Positions 8,655-19,900 of a stretch of DNA of 64,000 nucleotides are shown in pieces; position 1 is the stretch's first letter, and the number at the start of each line of letters is the position of its first letter. The notes beneath the pieces were generated by a model. It worked only from the letters and a program-made list of their open reading frames with translations, did no database searches and was not told the DNA's origin. Origin of the DNA: Nemertoderma westbladi. Lineage: Eukaryota > Animalia > Xenacoelomorpha. Where the stretch lies: contig JAUCBJ010006714.1 of NCBI GenBank assembly GCA_032718475.1, positions 1 through 64,000 on the forward strand. Direction: 5' to 3'. Position numbers and translations under genes: made by a program.

Positions 8655-9629
8655 AATTTAATTTGTATTATTTGTTTCCATAGGAACACAATGATGCTTT
8701 CATCCATCAATATACTTCTATCCCAACTGGCGTTGACTAATGCCCTCCACTCATTGGTCACTCTGCCACCTATATTTGTTACCATAGTTACCAATTACGC
8801 GCTTACCACCAAAGCATGTCAAATATTGGGTTTTTTAGACGCCCTGTTGCGACAGGAGTTGATAATAATACTCTCGGCCATATCTATTGACAGATACCTA
8901 ATAATTGTCTGTCAGAGGGACAAACTAACGCCAACGTTATCTTGGGCTATCGGTATTAATAGCACCCTTGCATCAGGATTGGCTGCTTCTCTACCATTGT
9001 TCGAATGGGGTTCATATGATATGGTCTATACACATCCTTTTTGTGTACTAGCAACTCCGAAACGACCGGCAGATGGCGTTCAACTTATTCTGTCTGCTCT
9101 GTGTACATTTTGGTTTCCCGTTGCAATTCTTAGTGTTCTGTATCTGCTCATCCTACGTATAGTGAGAATGAAGCGGTTGAGAGTTGGCGCTCAAAGCGAG
9201 CTCGGAAGAACAATGACTATATCTTGGTATCGCAGCAACAGATTATACATCAATTTCTGCCAGAAAAGTCGCAAATTTCTGACCGTTGGAATTATGTTCT
9301 GTGTGTTTGCTTGCTGCGGTCTGCCTTACTACACTCTAACAACTGTTCGTGGTATATCTAACATTGAGCCCGTTGGTTACAATGTCAACCTGGTTTCTAC
9401 TCTGCTTTGCTATATGATTAGTACAATATACCCCGCGATATACTACTGGCGTATCAACGTATACCGCAAAATGGTTAAATCTTGTTTACCAGTGTTGCCA
9501 GGATACCATAACGTGGTAGAGTGGATGCCTTGGTCCATCGCTAGGCGGTGTTACCCATCATTTGTCTACAAGGTATGGGATCAATCTGTAACCTTATCGA
9601 CTGTAACGCATACAGTTACACAGAAGTAG
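8655..9629 (+). CDS. GPR45/GPR63: Class A orphan GPCR, GPR45/GPR63 (PSP24)-like; 5' end unresolved, possibly a pseudogene
   Basis: MLSSINILL, ISIDRYLIIVCQRDKLTP, IYYWRI and RRCYPSFVY align with GPR63 MRSAINILL, ISIDRFLIIVQRQDKLNP, IYYWRI and RRIRPSAVY. TM2-TM7 are present in ORF 8691-9629. The frame extends upstream through NLICIICFHR (TM1 end) to a TAA at 8631. A possible acceptor tttgtttccatag ends at 8683. Confidence 0.85.
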   Translation, partial: NLICIICFHRNTMMLSSINILLSQLALTNALHSLVTLPPIFVTIVTNYALTTKACQILGFLDALLRQELIIILSAISIDRYLIIVCQRDKLTPTLSWAIGINSTLASGLAASLPLFEWGSYDMVYTHPFCVLATPKRPADGVQLILSALCTFWFPVAILSVLYLLILRIVRMKRLRVGAQSELGRTMTISWYRSNRLYINFCQKSRKFLTVGIMFCVFACCGLPYYTLTTVRGISNIEPVGYNVNLVSTLLCYMISTIYPAIYYWRINVYRKMVKSCLPVLPGYHNVVEWMPWSIARRCYPSFVYKVWDQSVTLSTVTHTVTQK

Positions 9630-9762
9630 ATTACTTTAACATCCGTGTTGTATCTGGAACTTAAATACGTTGTTCCTTACTAATAACAAATTCGCAGCAT
9701 ATTATTTCTTGGTAGTTTCGTTAATTGTCAGAATATTCCGGTACAGTTAGTAATAGATGTTA

Positions 9763-9883
9763 GGACAATTATTGCGACCCGGACAATTGCGACCCATAAT
9801 TTTTATTTAAAAACATGGGTCGCAATTGTCCGGGTCGCAATTCTCCGGGTCGCAATTGTCCGGGTCGCAATTGTCCGGACTCC
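9763..9883. repeat. Foldback-type element: inverted arrays of a 15-bp unit
   Basis: ggacaattgcgaccc x2, AT-rich spacer, then the reverse complement gggtcgcaattgtcc x4. Probably a truncated MITE. Confidence 0.75.
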
Positions 9884-9939
9884 TTAGTAATACAACCATT
9901 GCAATTCGAATTACGTATTATGATATATCTTATATGGTC

Positions 9940-9974
9940 GGGGAGAGGGGGTGGGGGGGGGGGGGGGGGGGGGG
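9940..9974 (+). repeat. Poly-G tract (G-quadruplex capable)
   Basis: ggggagagggggt followed by ~22 G. Confidence 0.8.
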
Positions 9975-10179
9975 ATACCAAATATTTTTGGCTGTAAACA
10001 AAAAAATGGAAAGGGCTTTACACAAGAATAAATTATATTATTGTGCTTCTGCATTAGATTATAAAAACTTGAAAACATTAACTACGTACGTACAGTACTA
10101 CTGTTTAGATTAATACGCCATGAACTTTAGTGTACAAAAACACCACCCGAGCAGAAAAGTGCAATTTGTTTCTTAATAC

Positions 10180-10449
10180 AAAAATATACCGGGTAATTAT
10201 TACTACAAATCTATGGCATTTAAATACAAAATGAATTTACTGATTATATTTGTGTAGCCGAAAGCTAAAAAAAATATACCGGGTAATTATTACTACAAAT
10301 CTATGGCATTTAAATACAAAATGAATTTACTGATTATATTTGTGTAGCCGAAAGCTAAAAAAAATATACCGGGTAATTATTACTACAAATCTATGGCATT
10401 TAAATACAAAATGAATTTACTGATTATATTTGTGTAGCCGAAAGCTAAA
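10180..10449. repeat. 90-bp tandem triplication
   Basis: gggtaattattactacaaatctatggc... recurs at 10191, 10281 and 10371; the copies look identical. Confidence 0.92.
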
Positions 10450-10530
10450 GCGCGTCCATACCGTCCTGCAAACACACCACTAAACTAAGCCGAATTCACT
10501 GTTACAAAAGTCGAAAGTAAAGTTTACGTT

Positions 10531-10824
10531 TTATAATCGAGTACTGTGGGTATTACTAAGTGTTAAATCAGGTTCTAGTCTGTATGTCTGAGTATATGGG
10601 TTGGAGTTCGTTGTACCATCTGGAGTTGTTCGTAGGGAGACAATTACTGGTTCCGATTCACATGTAATGGGTAACAGAGGTAGATTCACTGGATCTCTTC
10701 CGCCAAGTAATGGTTCTCTTCCGCCAAGTAATGGTTCTCTTCCACCGACTGATGGTTTTATGTGATGGTCATTGTATTTAGTAGTATTAGTAGTAGCCAA
10801 AGGACGAGACCATTCGTTTGCATA
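10531..10824 (-). CDS. Probable terminal coding exon of an unidentified minus-strand gene
   Basis: Strong acceptor on the minus strand (ttcttgtttgtatttttcag|, AG at 10826-10825), then 97 open codons in phase 0 (YANEWSRPLATTNTTKYNDHHIKPSVGGREPLLGGREPLL...HSTRL) and TAA. Contains an in-frame 21-bp repeat. No recognisable domain. Confidence 0.55.
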   Translation of the reverse strand, partial: YANEWSRPLATTNTTKYNDHHIKPSVGGREPLLGGREPLLGGRDPVNLPLLPITCESEPVIVSLRTTPDGTTNSNPYTQTYRLEPDLTLSNTHSTRL

Positions 10825-10916
10825 CTGAAAAATACAAACAAGAATTTAATTATCATAATTTCAACATATTTAGGGTGAACCCTTCCCACATTGGTCACAT
10901 CATATCCTACTATAAT

Positions 10917-13900
10917 AATGTCTACGCATTTTAGTTTTAGCCACTAACCGTAATGTCACAACGTCTACGCGTTTTAGTTTTAGTCACTAACCGTAATGTC
11001 ACAACATCTACGCGTTTTAGTTTTAGCCACTAACTGTAATGTCACAACATCTACGCGTTTTAGTTTTAGCTACCAACCGTAATGTCACGACGTCAACGCC
11101 TTTTAGTTTTAGCCACTAACCGTAATGTCACGACGTCAACGCCTTTTAGTTTTAGCCACTAACCGTAATGTCACAACGTCTACGCGTTTTAGTTTTAGCC
11201 ACTAACCGTAATGTCACAACGTCTACGCGTTTTAGTTTTAGCCACTAACCGTAATGTCACAACGTCTACGCGTTTTAGTTTTAGCCACTAACCGTAATGT
11301 CACAACGTCTACGCGTTTTAGTTTTAGCCACTAACCGTAATGTCACAACGTCTACGCGTTTTGTTTTAGCCACTAACCGTAATGTCACAACGTCTACGCG
11401 TTTTAGTTTTAGCCACTAACCGTAATGTCACAACGTCTACGCGTTTTAGTTTTAGCCACTAACCGTAATGTCACAACGTCTACGCGTTTTGTTTTAGCCA
11501 CTAACCGTAATGTCACAACGTCTACGCGTTTTGTTTTAGCCACTAACCGTAATGTCACAACGTCTACGCGTTTTGTTTTAGCCACTAACCGTAATGTCAC
11601 AACGTCTACGCGTTTTAGTTTTAGCCACTAACCGTAATGTCACAACGTCTACGCGTTTTAGTTTTAGCCACTAACCGTAATGTCACAACGTCTACGCGTT
11701 TTGTTTTAGCCACTAACCGTAATGTCACAACGTCTACGCGTTTTGTTTTAGCCACTAACCGTAATGTAACAACGTCTACGCGTTTTAGTTTTAGCCACTA
11801 ACCGTAATGTAACAACGTCTACGCGTTTTAGTTTTAGCCACTAACCGTAATGTAACAACGTCTACGCGTTTTAGTTTTAGCCACTAACCGTAATGTAACA
11901 ACGTCTACGCGTTTTAGTTTTAGCCACCAACCGTAATGTCACGACGTCTACGCGTTTTAGTTTTAGCCACTATCCGTAATGTAACAACGTCTACGCGTTT
12001 TAGTTTTAGCCACTAACCGTAATGTCACAACGTCTACGCGTTTTAGTTTTAGCCACTAACCGTAATGTCACGACGTCTACGCGTTTTAGTTTTAGCCACT
12101 ATCCGTAATGTCCCAACGTCTACACGTTTTAGTTTTAGCCACTATCCGTAATGTAACAACGTCTACGCGTTTTAGTTTTAGCCACTAACCGTAATGTCAC
12201 GACGTCTACGCGTTTTAGTTTTAGCCACTATCCGTAATGTCCCAACGTCTACACGTTTTAGTTTTAGCCACTATCCGTAATGTAACAACGTCTACGCGTT
12301 TTAGTTTTAGCCACTATCCGTAATGTCCCAACGTCTACACGTTTTAGTTTTAGCCACTAACCGTAATGTAACAACGTCTACGCGTTTTAGTTTTAGCCAC
12401 TAACCGTAATGTAACGACGTCTACGCGTTTTAGTTTTAGCCACTATCCGTAATGTAACGACGTCTACGCGTTTTAGTTTTAGCCACTAACCGTAATGTCA
12501 CAACGTCTACGCGTTTTAGTTTTAGCCACTAACCGTAATGTCACGACGTCTACGCGTTTTAGTTTTAGCCACTATCCGTAATGTCCCAACGTCTACACGT
12601 TTTAGTTTTAGCCACTATCCGTAATGTCCCAACGTCTACACGTTTTAGTTTTAGCCACTATCCGTAATGTAACAACGTCTACGCGTTTTAGTTTTAGCCA
12701 CTATCCGTAATGTAACAACGTCTACGCGTTTTAGTTTTAGCCACTATCCGTAATGTCCCAACGTCTACACGTTTTAGTTTTAGCCACTATCCGTAATGTA
12801 ACAACGTCTACGCGTTTTAGTTTTAGCCACTATCCGTAATGTAACAACGTCTACGCGTTTTAGTTTTAGCCACTATCCGTAATGTAACAACGTCTACGCG
12901 TTTTAGTTTTAGCCACTAACCGTAATGTAACAACGTCTACGCGTTTTAGTTTTAGCCACTATCCGTAATGTAACAACGTCTACGCGTTTTAGTTTTAGCC
13001 ACTATCCGTAATGTAACGACGTCTACGCGTTTTAGTTTTAGCCACTAACCGTAATGTCACAACGTCTACGCGTTTTAGTTTTAGCCACTAACCGTAATGT
13101 CACGACGTCTACGCGTTTTAGTTTTAGCCACTATCCGTAATGTCCCAACGTCTACACGTTTTAGTTTTAGCCACTATCCGTAATGTAACAACGTCTACGC
13201 GTTTTAGTTTTAGCCACTAACCGTAATGTCACGACGTCTACGCGTTTTAGTTTTAGCCACTATCCGTAATGTCCCAACGTCTACACGTTTTAGTTTTAGC
13301 CACTATCCGTAATGTAACAACGTCTACGCGTTTTAGTTTTAGCCACTATCCGTAATGTCCCAACGTCTACACGTTTTAGTTTTAGCCACTAACCGTAATG
13401 TAACAACGTCTACGCGTTTTAGTTTTAGCCACTAACCGTAATGTCACGACGTCTACGCGTTTTAGTTTTAGCCACTATCCGTAATGTCCCAACGTCTACA
13501 CGTTTTAGTTTTAGCCACTAACCGTAATGTAACAACATCTACGCGTTTTAGTTTTAGCCACTATCCGTAATGTAACGACGTCTACGCGTTTTAGTTTTAG
13601 CCACTATCCGTAATGTAACAACGTCTACGCGTTTTAGTTTTAGCCACTATCCGTAATGTAACGACGTCTACGCGTTTTAGTTTTAGCCACTATCCGTAAT
13701 GTAACGACGTCTACGCGTTTTAGTTTTAGCCACTATCCGTAATGTAACAACGTCTACGCGTTTTAGTTTTAGCCACTATCCGTAATGTAACGACGTCTAC
13801 GCGTTTTAGTTTTAGCCACTATCCGTAATGTCACAACGTCTACGCGTTTTAGTTTTAGCCACTATCCGTAATGTAACAACGTCTACGCGTTTTAGTTTTA

Positions 13901-16900
13901 GCCACTATCCGTAATGTAACAACATCTACGCGTTTTAGTTTTAGCCACTATCCGTAATGTAACAACGTCTACGCGTTTTAGTTTTAGCCACTATCCGTAA
14001 TGTAACAACGTCTACGCGTTTTAGTTTTAGCCACTAACCGTAATGTAACAACGTCTACGCGTTTTAGTTTTAGCTACCAACCGTAATGTAACAACGTCTA
14101 CGCGTTTTAGTTTTAGCTACCAACCGTAATGTAACAACGTCTACGCGTTTTAGTTTTAGCCACCAACCGTAATGTCACGACGTCTACGCGTTTTAGTTTT
14201 AGCCACTATCCGTAATGTAACAACGTCTACGCGTTTTAGTTTTAGCCACTATCCGTAATGTAACAACGTCTACGCGTTTTAGTTTTAGCCACTATCCGTA
14301 ATGTAACAACGTCTACGCGTTTTAGTTTTAGCCACTAACCGTAATGTAACAACGTCTACGCGTTTTAGTTTTAGCCACTAACCGTAATGTAACAACGTCT
14401 ACGCGTTTTAGTTTTAGCCACTATCCGTAATGTAACAACGTCTACGCGTTTTAGTTTTAGCCACTATCCGTAATGTAACAACGTCTACGCGTTTTAGTTT
14501 TAGCCACTATCCGTAATGTAACAACGTCTACGCGTTTTAGTTTTAGCCACTAACCGTAATGTAACAACGTCTACGCGTTTTAGTTTTAGCTACCAACCGT
14601 AATGTAACAACGTCTACGCGTTTTAGTTTTAGCCACTATCCGTAATGTAACAACGTCTACGCGTTTTAGTTTTAGCCACTATCCGTAATGTAACAACGTC
14701 TACGCGTTTTAGTTTTAGCCACTAACCGTAATGTCACGACGTCTACGCGTTTTAGTTTTAGCCACTAACCGTAATGTAACAACGTCTACGCGTTTTGTTT
14801 TAGCCACTAACCGTAATGTAACAACGTCTACGCGTTTTAGTTTTAGCCACTATCCGTAATGTAACAACGTCTACGCGTTTTGTTTTAGCCACTATCCGTA
14901 ATGTAACAACGTCTACGCGTTTTAGTTTTAGCTACCAACCGTAATGTAACAACGTCTACGCGTTTTAGTTTTAGCCACTATCCGTAATGTAACAACGTCT
15001 ACGCCTTTTAGTTTTAGCCACTATCCGTAATGTAACAACATCTACGCGTTTTAGTTTTAGCCACTATCCGTAATGTAACAACATCTACGCGTTTTAGTTT
15101 TAGCCACTATCCGTAATGTCCCAACGTCTACGCGTTTTAGTTTTAGCCACTATCCGTAATGTAACAACGTCTACGCGTTTTAGTTTTAGCCACTAACCGT
15201 AATGTAACAACGTCTACGCGTTTTGTTTTAGCCACTATCCGTAATGTAACAACGTCTACGCGTTTTAGTTTTAGCCACTATCCGTAATGTAACAACGTCT
15301 ACGCGTTTTAGTTTTAGCCACTATCCGTAATGTAACAACATCTACGCGTTTTAGTTTTAGCCACTATCCGTAATGTCCCAACGTCTACGCGTTTTAGTTT
15401 TAGCCACTATCCGTAATGTAACAACGTCTACGCGTTTTAGTTTTAGCCACTATCCGTAATGTCACGACGTCTACGCGTTTTAGTTTTAGCCACTATCCGT
15501 AATGTAACAACGTCTACGCGTTTTAGTTTTAGCCACTATCCGTAATGTAACAACATCTACGCGTTTTAGTTTTAGCCACTAACCGTAATGTAACAACGTC
15601 TACGCGTTTTGTTTTAGCCACTATCCGTAATGTAACAACGTCTACGCGTTTTAGTTTTAGCCACTATCCGTAATGTAACAACATCTACGCGTTTTAGTTT
15701 TAGCCACTATCCGTAATGTAACAACATCTACGCGTTTTAGTTTTAGCCACTATCCGTAATGTAACAACGTCTACGCGTTTTAGTTTTAGCCACTATCCGT
15801 AATGTAACAACGTCTACGCGTTTTAGTTTTAGCCACTATCCGTAATGTAACAACGTCTACGCGTTTTAGTTTTAGCCACTATCCGTAATGTAACAACGTC
15901 TACGCGTTTTAGTTTTAGCCACTATCCGTAATGTAACAACATCTACGCGTTTTAGTTTTAGCCACTAACCGTAATGTAACAACGTCTACGCGTTTTGTTT
16001 TAGCCACTATCCGTAATGTAACAACGTCTACGCGTTTTAGTTTTAGCCACTATCCGTAATGTAACAACATCTACGCGTTTTAGTTTTAGCCACTATCCGT
16101 AATGTAACAACATCTACGCGTTTTAGTTTTAGCCACTATCCGTAATGTCCCAACGTCTACGCGTTTTAGTTTTAGCCACTATCCGTAATGTAACAACGTC
16201 TACGCGTTTTAGTTTTAGCCACTATCCGTAATGTCACGACGTCTACGCGTTTTAGTTTTAGCCACTATCCGTAATGTAACAACGTCTACGCGTTTTAGTT
16301 TTAGCCACTATCCGTAATGTAACAACATCTACGCGTTTTAGTTTTAGCCACTAACCGTAATGTAACAACGTCTACGCGTTTTGTTTTAGCCACTATCCGT
16401 AATGTAACAACGTCTACGCGTTTTAGTTTTAGCCACTATCCGTAATGTAACAACATCTACGCGTTTTAGTTTTAGCCACTATCCGTAATGTAACAACGTC
16501 TACGCGTTTTAGTTTTAGCTACCAACCGTAATGTCACGACGTCTACGCGTTTTAGTTTTAGCCACTATCCGTAATGTAACAACGTCTACGCGTTTTAGTT
16601 TTAGCCACTAACCGTAATGTCACAACGTCTACGTGTTTTAGTTTTAGCCACTATCCGTAATGTAACAACGTCTACGCGTTTTAGTTTTAGCCACTATCCG
16701 TAATGTAACAACGTCTACGCGTTTTAGTTTTAGCCACTATCCGTAATGTAACAACGTCTACGCCTTTTAGTTTTAGCCACTATCCGTAATGTAACAACGT
16801 CTACGCCTTTTAGTTTTAGCCACTATCCGTAATGTAACAACGTCTACGCGTTTTAGTTTTAGCTACCAACCGTAATGTAACAACGTCTACGCGTTTTAGT

Positions 16901-19900
16901 TTTAGCCACTATCCGTAATGTAACAACGTCTACGCCTTTTAGTTTTAGCCACTATCCGTAATGTAACAACATCTACGCGTTTTAGTTTTAGCCACTATCC
17001 GTAATGTAACAACGTCTACGCGTTTTAGTTTTAGCTACCAACCGTAATGTAACAACGTCTACGCGTTTTAGTTTTAGCCACTATCCGTAATGTAACAACA
17101 TCTACGCGTTTTAGTTTTAGCCACTATCCGTAATGTAACAACGTCTACGCGTTTTAGTTTTAGCTACCAACCGTAATGTAACAACGTCTACGCGTTTTAG
17201 TTTTAGCCACTATCCGTAATGTAACAACATCTACGCGTTTTAGTTTTAGCCACTATCCGTAATGTAACAACATCTACGCGTTTTAGTTTTAGCCACTATC
17301 CGTAATGTAACAACGTCTACGCGTTTTAGTTTTAGCTACCAACCGTAATGTAACAACGTCTACGCCTTTTAGTTTTAGCCACTATCCGTAATGTAACAAC
17401 ATCTACGCGTTTTAGTTTTAGCCACTATCCGTAATGTAACAACGTCTACGCGTTTTAGTTTTAGCTACCAACCGTAATGTAACAACGTCTACGCGTTTTA
17501 GTTTTAGCCACTATCCGTAATGTAACAACGTCTACGCCTTTTAGTTTTAGCCACTATCCGTAATGTAACAACGTCTACGCGTTTTAGTTTTAGCCACTAA
17601 CCGTAATGTAACAACGTCTACGCGTTTTGTTTTAGCCACTATCCGTAATGTAACAACGTCTACGCGTTTTAGTTTTAGCCACTAACCGTAATGTAACAAC
17701 GTCTACGCGTTTTGTTTTAGCCACTATCCGTAATGTAACAACGTCTACGCGTTTTAGTTTTAGCCACTATCCGTAATGTAACAACGTCTACGCGTTTTAG
17801 TTTTAGCCACTATCCGTAATGTAACAACGTCTACGCCTTTTAGTTTTAGCCACTAACCGTAATGTCACGACGTCTACGCGTTTTAGTTTTAGCCACTATC
17901 CGTAATGTAACAACGTCTACGCGTTTTAGTTTTAGCCACTATCCGTAATGTAACAACGTCTACGCGTTTTAGTTTTAGCCACTATCCGTAATGTAACAAC
18001 GTCTACGCGTTTTAGTTTTAGCCACTATCCGTAATGTAACAACGTCTACGCGTTTTAGTTTTAGCCACTATCCGTAATGTAACAACGTCTACGCGTTTTA
18101 GTTTTAGCCACTATCCGTAATGTAACAACGTCTACGCGTTTTAGTTTTAGCCACTATCCGTAATGTAACAACGTCTACGCGTTTTAGTTTTAGCCACTAA
18201 CCGTAATGTAACAACGTCTACGCGTTTTAGTTTTAGCCACTAACCGTAATGTAACAACGTCTACGCGTTTTAGTTTTAGCCACTATCCGTAATGTAACAA
18301 CGTCTACGCGTTTTAGTTTTAGCCACTATCCGTAATGTAACAACATCTACGCGTTTTAGTTTTAGCCACTATCCGTAATGTAACAACGTCTACGCGTTTT
18401 AGTTTTAGCCACTATCCGTAATGTAACAACATCTACGCGTTTTAGTTTTAGCTACCAACCGTAATGTAACAACGTCTACGCGTTTTAGTTTTAGCCACTA
18501 TCCGTAATGTAACAACGTCTACGCGTTTTAGTTTTAGCCACTATCCGTAATGTAACAACGTCTACGCGTTTTAGTTTTAGCCACTATCCGTAATGTAACA
18601 ACGTCTACGCGTTTTAGTTTTAGCCACTATCCGTAATGTAACAACGTCTACGCGTTTTAGTTTTAGCCACTATCCGTAATGTAACAACGTCTACGCGTTT
18701 TAGTTTTAGCCACTATCCGTAATGTAACAACGTCTACGCGTTTTAGTTTTAGCCACTATCCGTAATGTAACAACGTCTACGCGTTTTAGTTTTAGCCACT
18801 AACCGTAATGTAACAACGTCTACGCGTTTTAGTTTTAGCCACTAACCGTAATGTAACAACGTCTACGCGTTTTAGTTTTAGCCACTATCCGTAATGTAAC
18901 AACGTCTACGCGTTTTAGTTTTAGCCACTATCCGTAATGTAACAACATCTACGCGTTTTAGTTTTAGCCACTATCCGTAATGTAACAACGTCTACGCGTT
19001 TTAGTTTTAGCCACTATCCGTAATGTAACAACATCTACGCGTTTTAGTTTTAGCTACCAACCGTAATGTAACAACGTCTACGCGTTTTAGTTTTAGCCAC
19101 TATCCGTAATGTAACAACGTCTACGCGTTTTAGTTTTAGCCACTATCCGTAATGTAACAACGTCTACGCGTTTTAGTTTTAGCCACTATCCGTAATGTAA
19201 CAACGTCTACGCGTTTTAGTTTTAGCCACTATCCGTAATGTAACAACGTCTACGCGTTTTAGTTTTAGCCACTATCCGTAATGTAACAACGTCTACGCGT
19301 TTTAGTTTTAGCCACTATCCGTAATGTAACAACGTCTACGCGTTTTAGTTTTAGCCACTATCCGTAATGTAACAACGTCTACGCGTTTTAGTTTTAGCCA
19401 CTATCCGTAATGTAACAACGTCTACGCGTTTTAGTTTTAGCCACTATCCGTAATGTAACAACGTCTACGCGTTTTAGTTTTAGCCACTAACCGTAATGTA
19501 ACAACGTCTACGCGTTTTAGTTTTAGCCACTATCCGTAATGTCACGACGTCTACGCGTTTTAGTTTTAGCCACTATCCGTAATGTAACAACGTCTACGCG
19601 TTTTAGTTTTAGCCACTATCCGTAATGTAACAACGTCTACGCGTTTTAGTTTTAGCCACTATCCGTAATGTAACAACGTCTACGCGTTTTAGTTTTAGCC
19701 ACTATCCGTAATGTAACAACGTCAACGCCTTTTAGTTTTAGCCACTATCCGTAATGTAACAACGTCTACGCGTTTTAGTTTTAGCCACTATCCGTAATGT
19801 AACAACGTCTACGCGTTTTAGTTTTAGCCACTATCCGTAATGTAACAACGTCTACGCGTTTTAGTTTTAGCCACTATCCGTAATGTAACAACGTCTACGC

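Noticed and set aside
9769-10113. Short ORFs with GRNCP/PGQLR repeats and poly-Gly/Pro
   Set aside because: Translations of the 15-bp foldback repeat and poly-G tract.
11409-11631. ORFs 11409-11600 (-) and 11425-11631 (+)
   Set aside because: Artefacts of consecutive 42-bp deletion units that briefly keep one frame open; normal 43-bp units cycle into stops.
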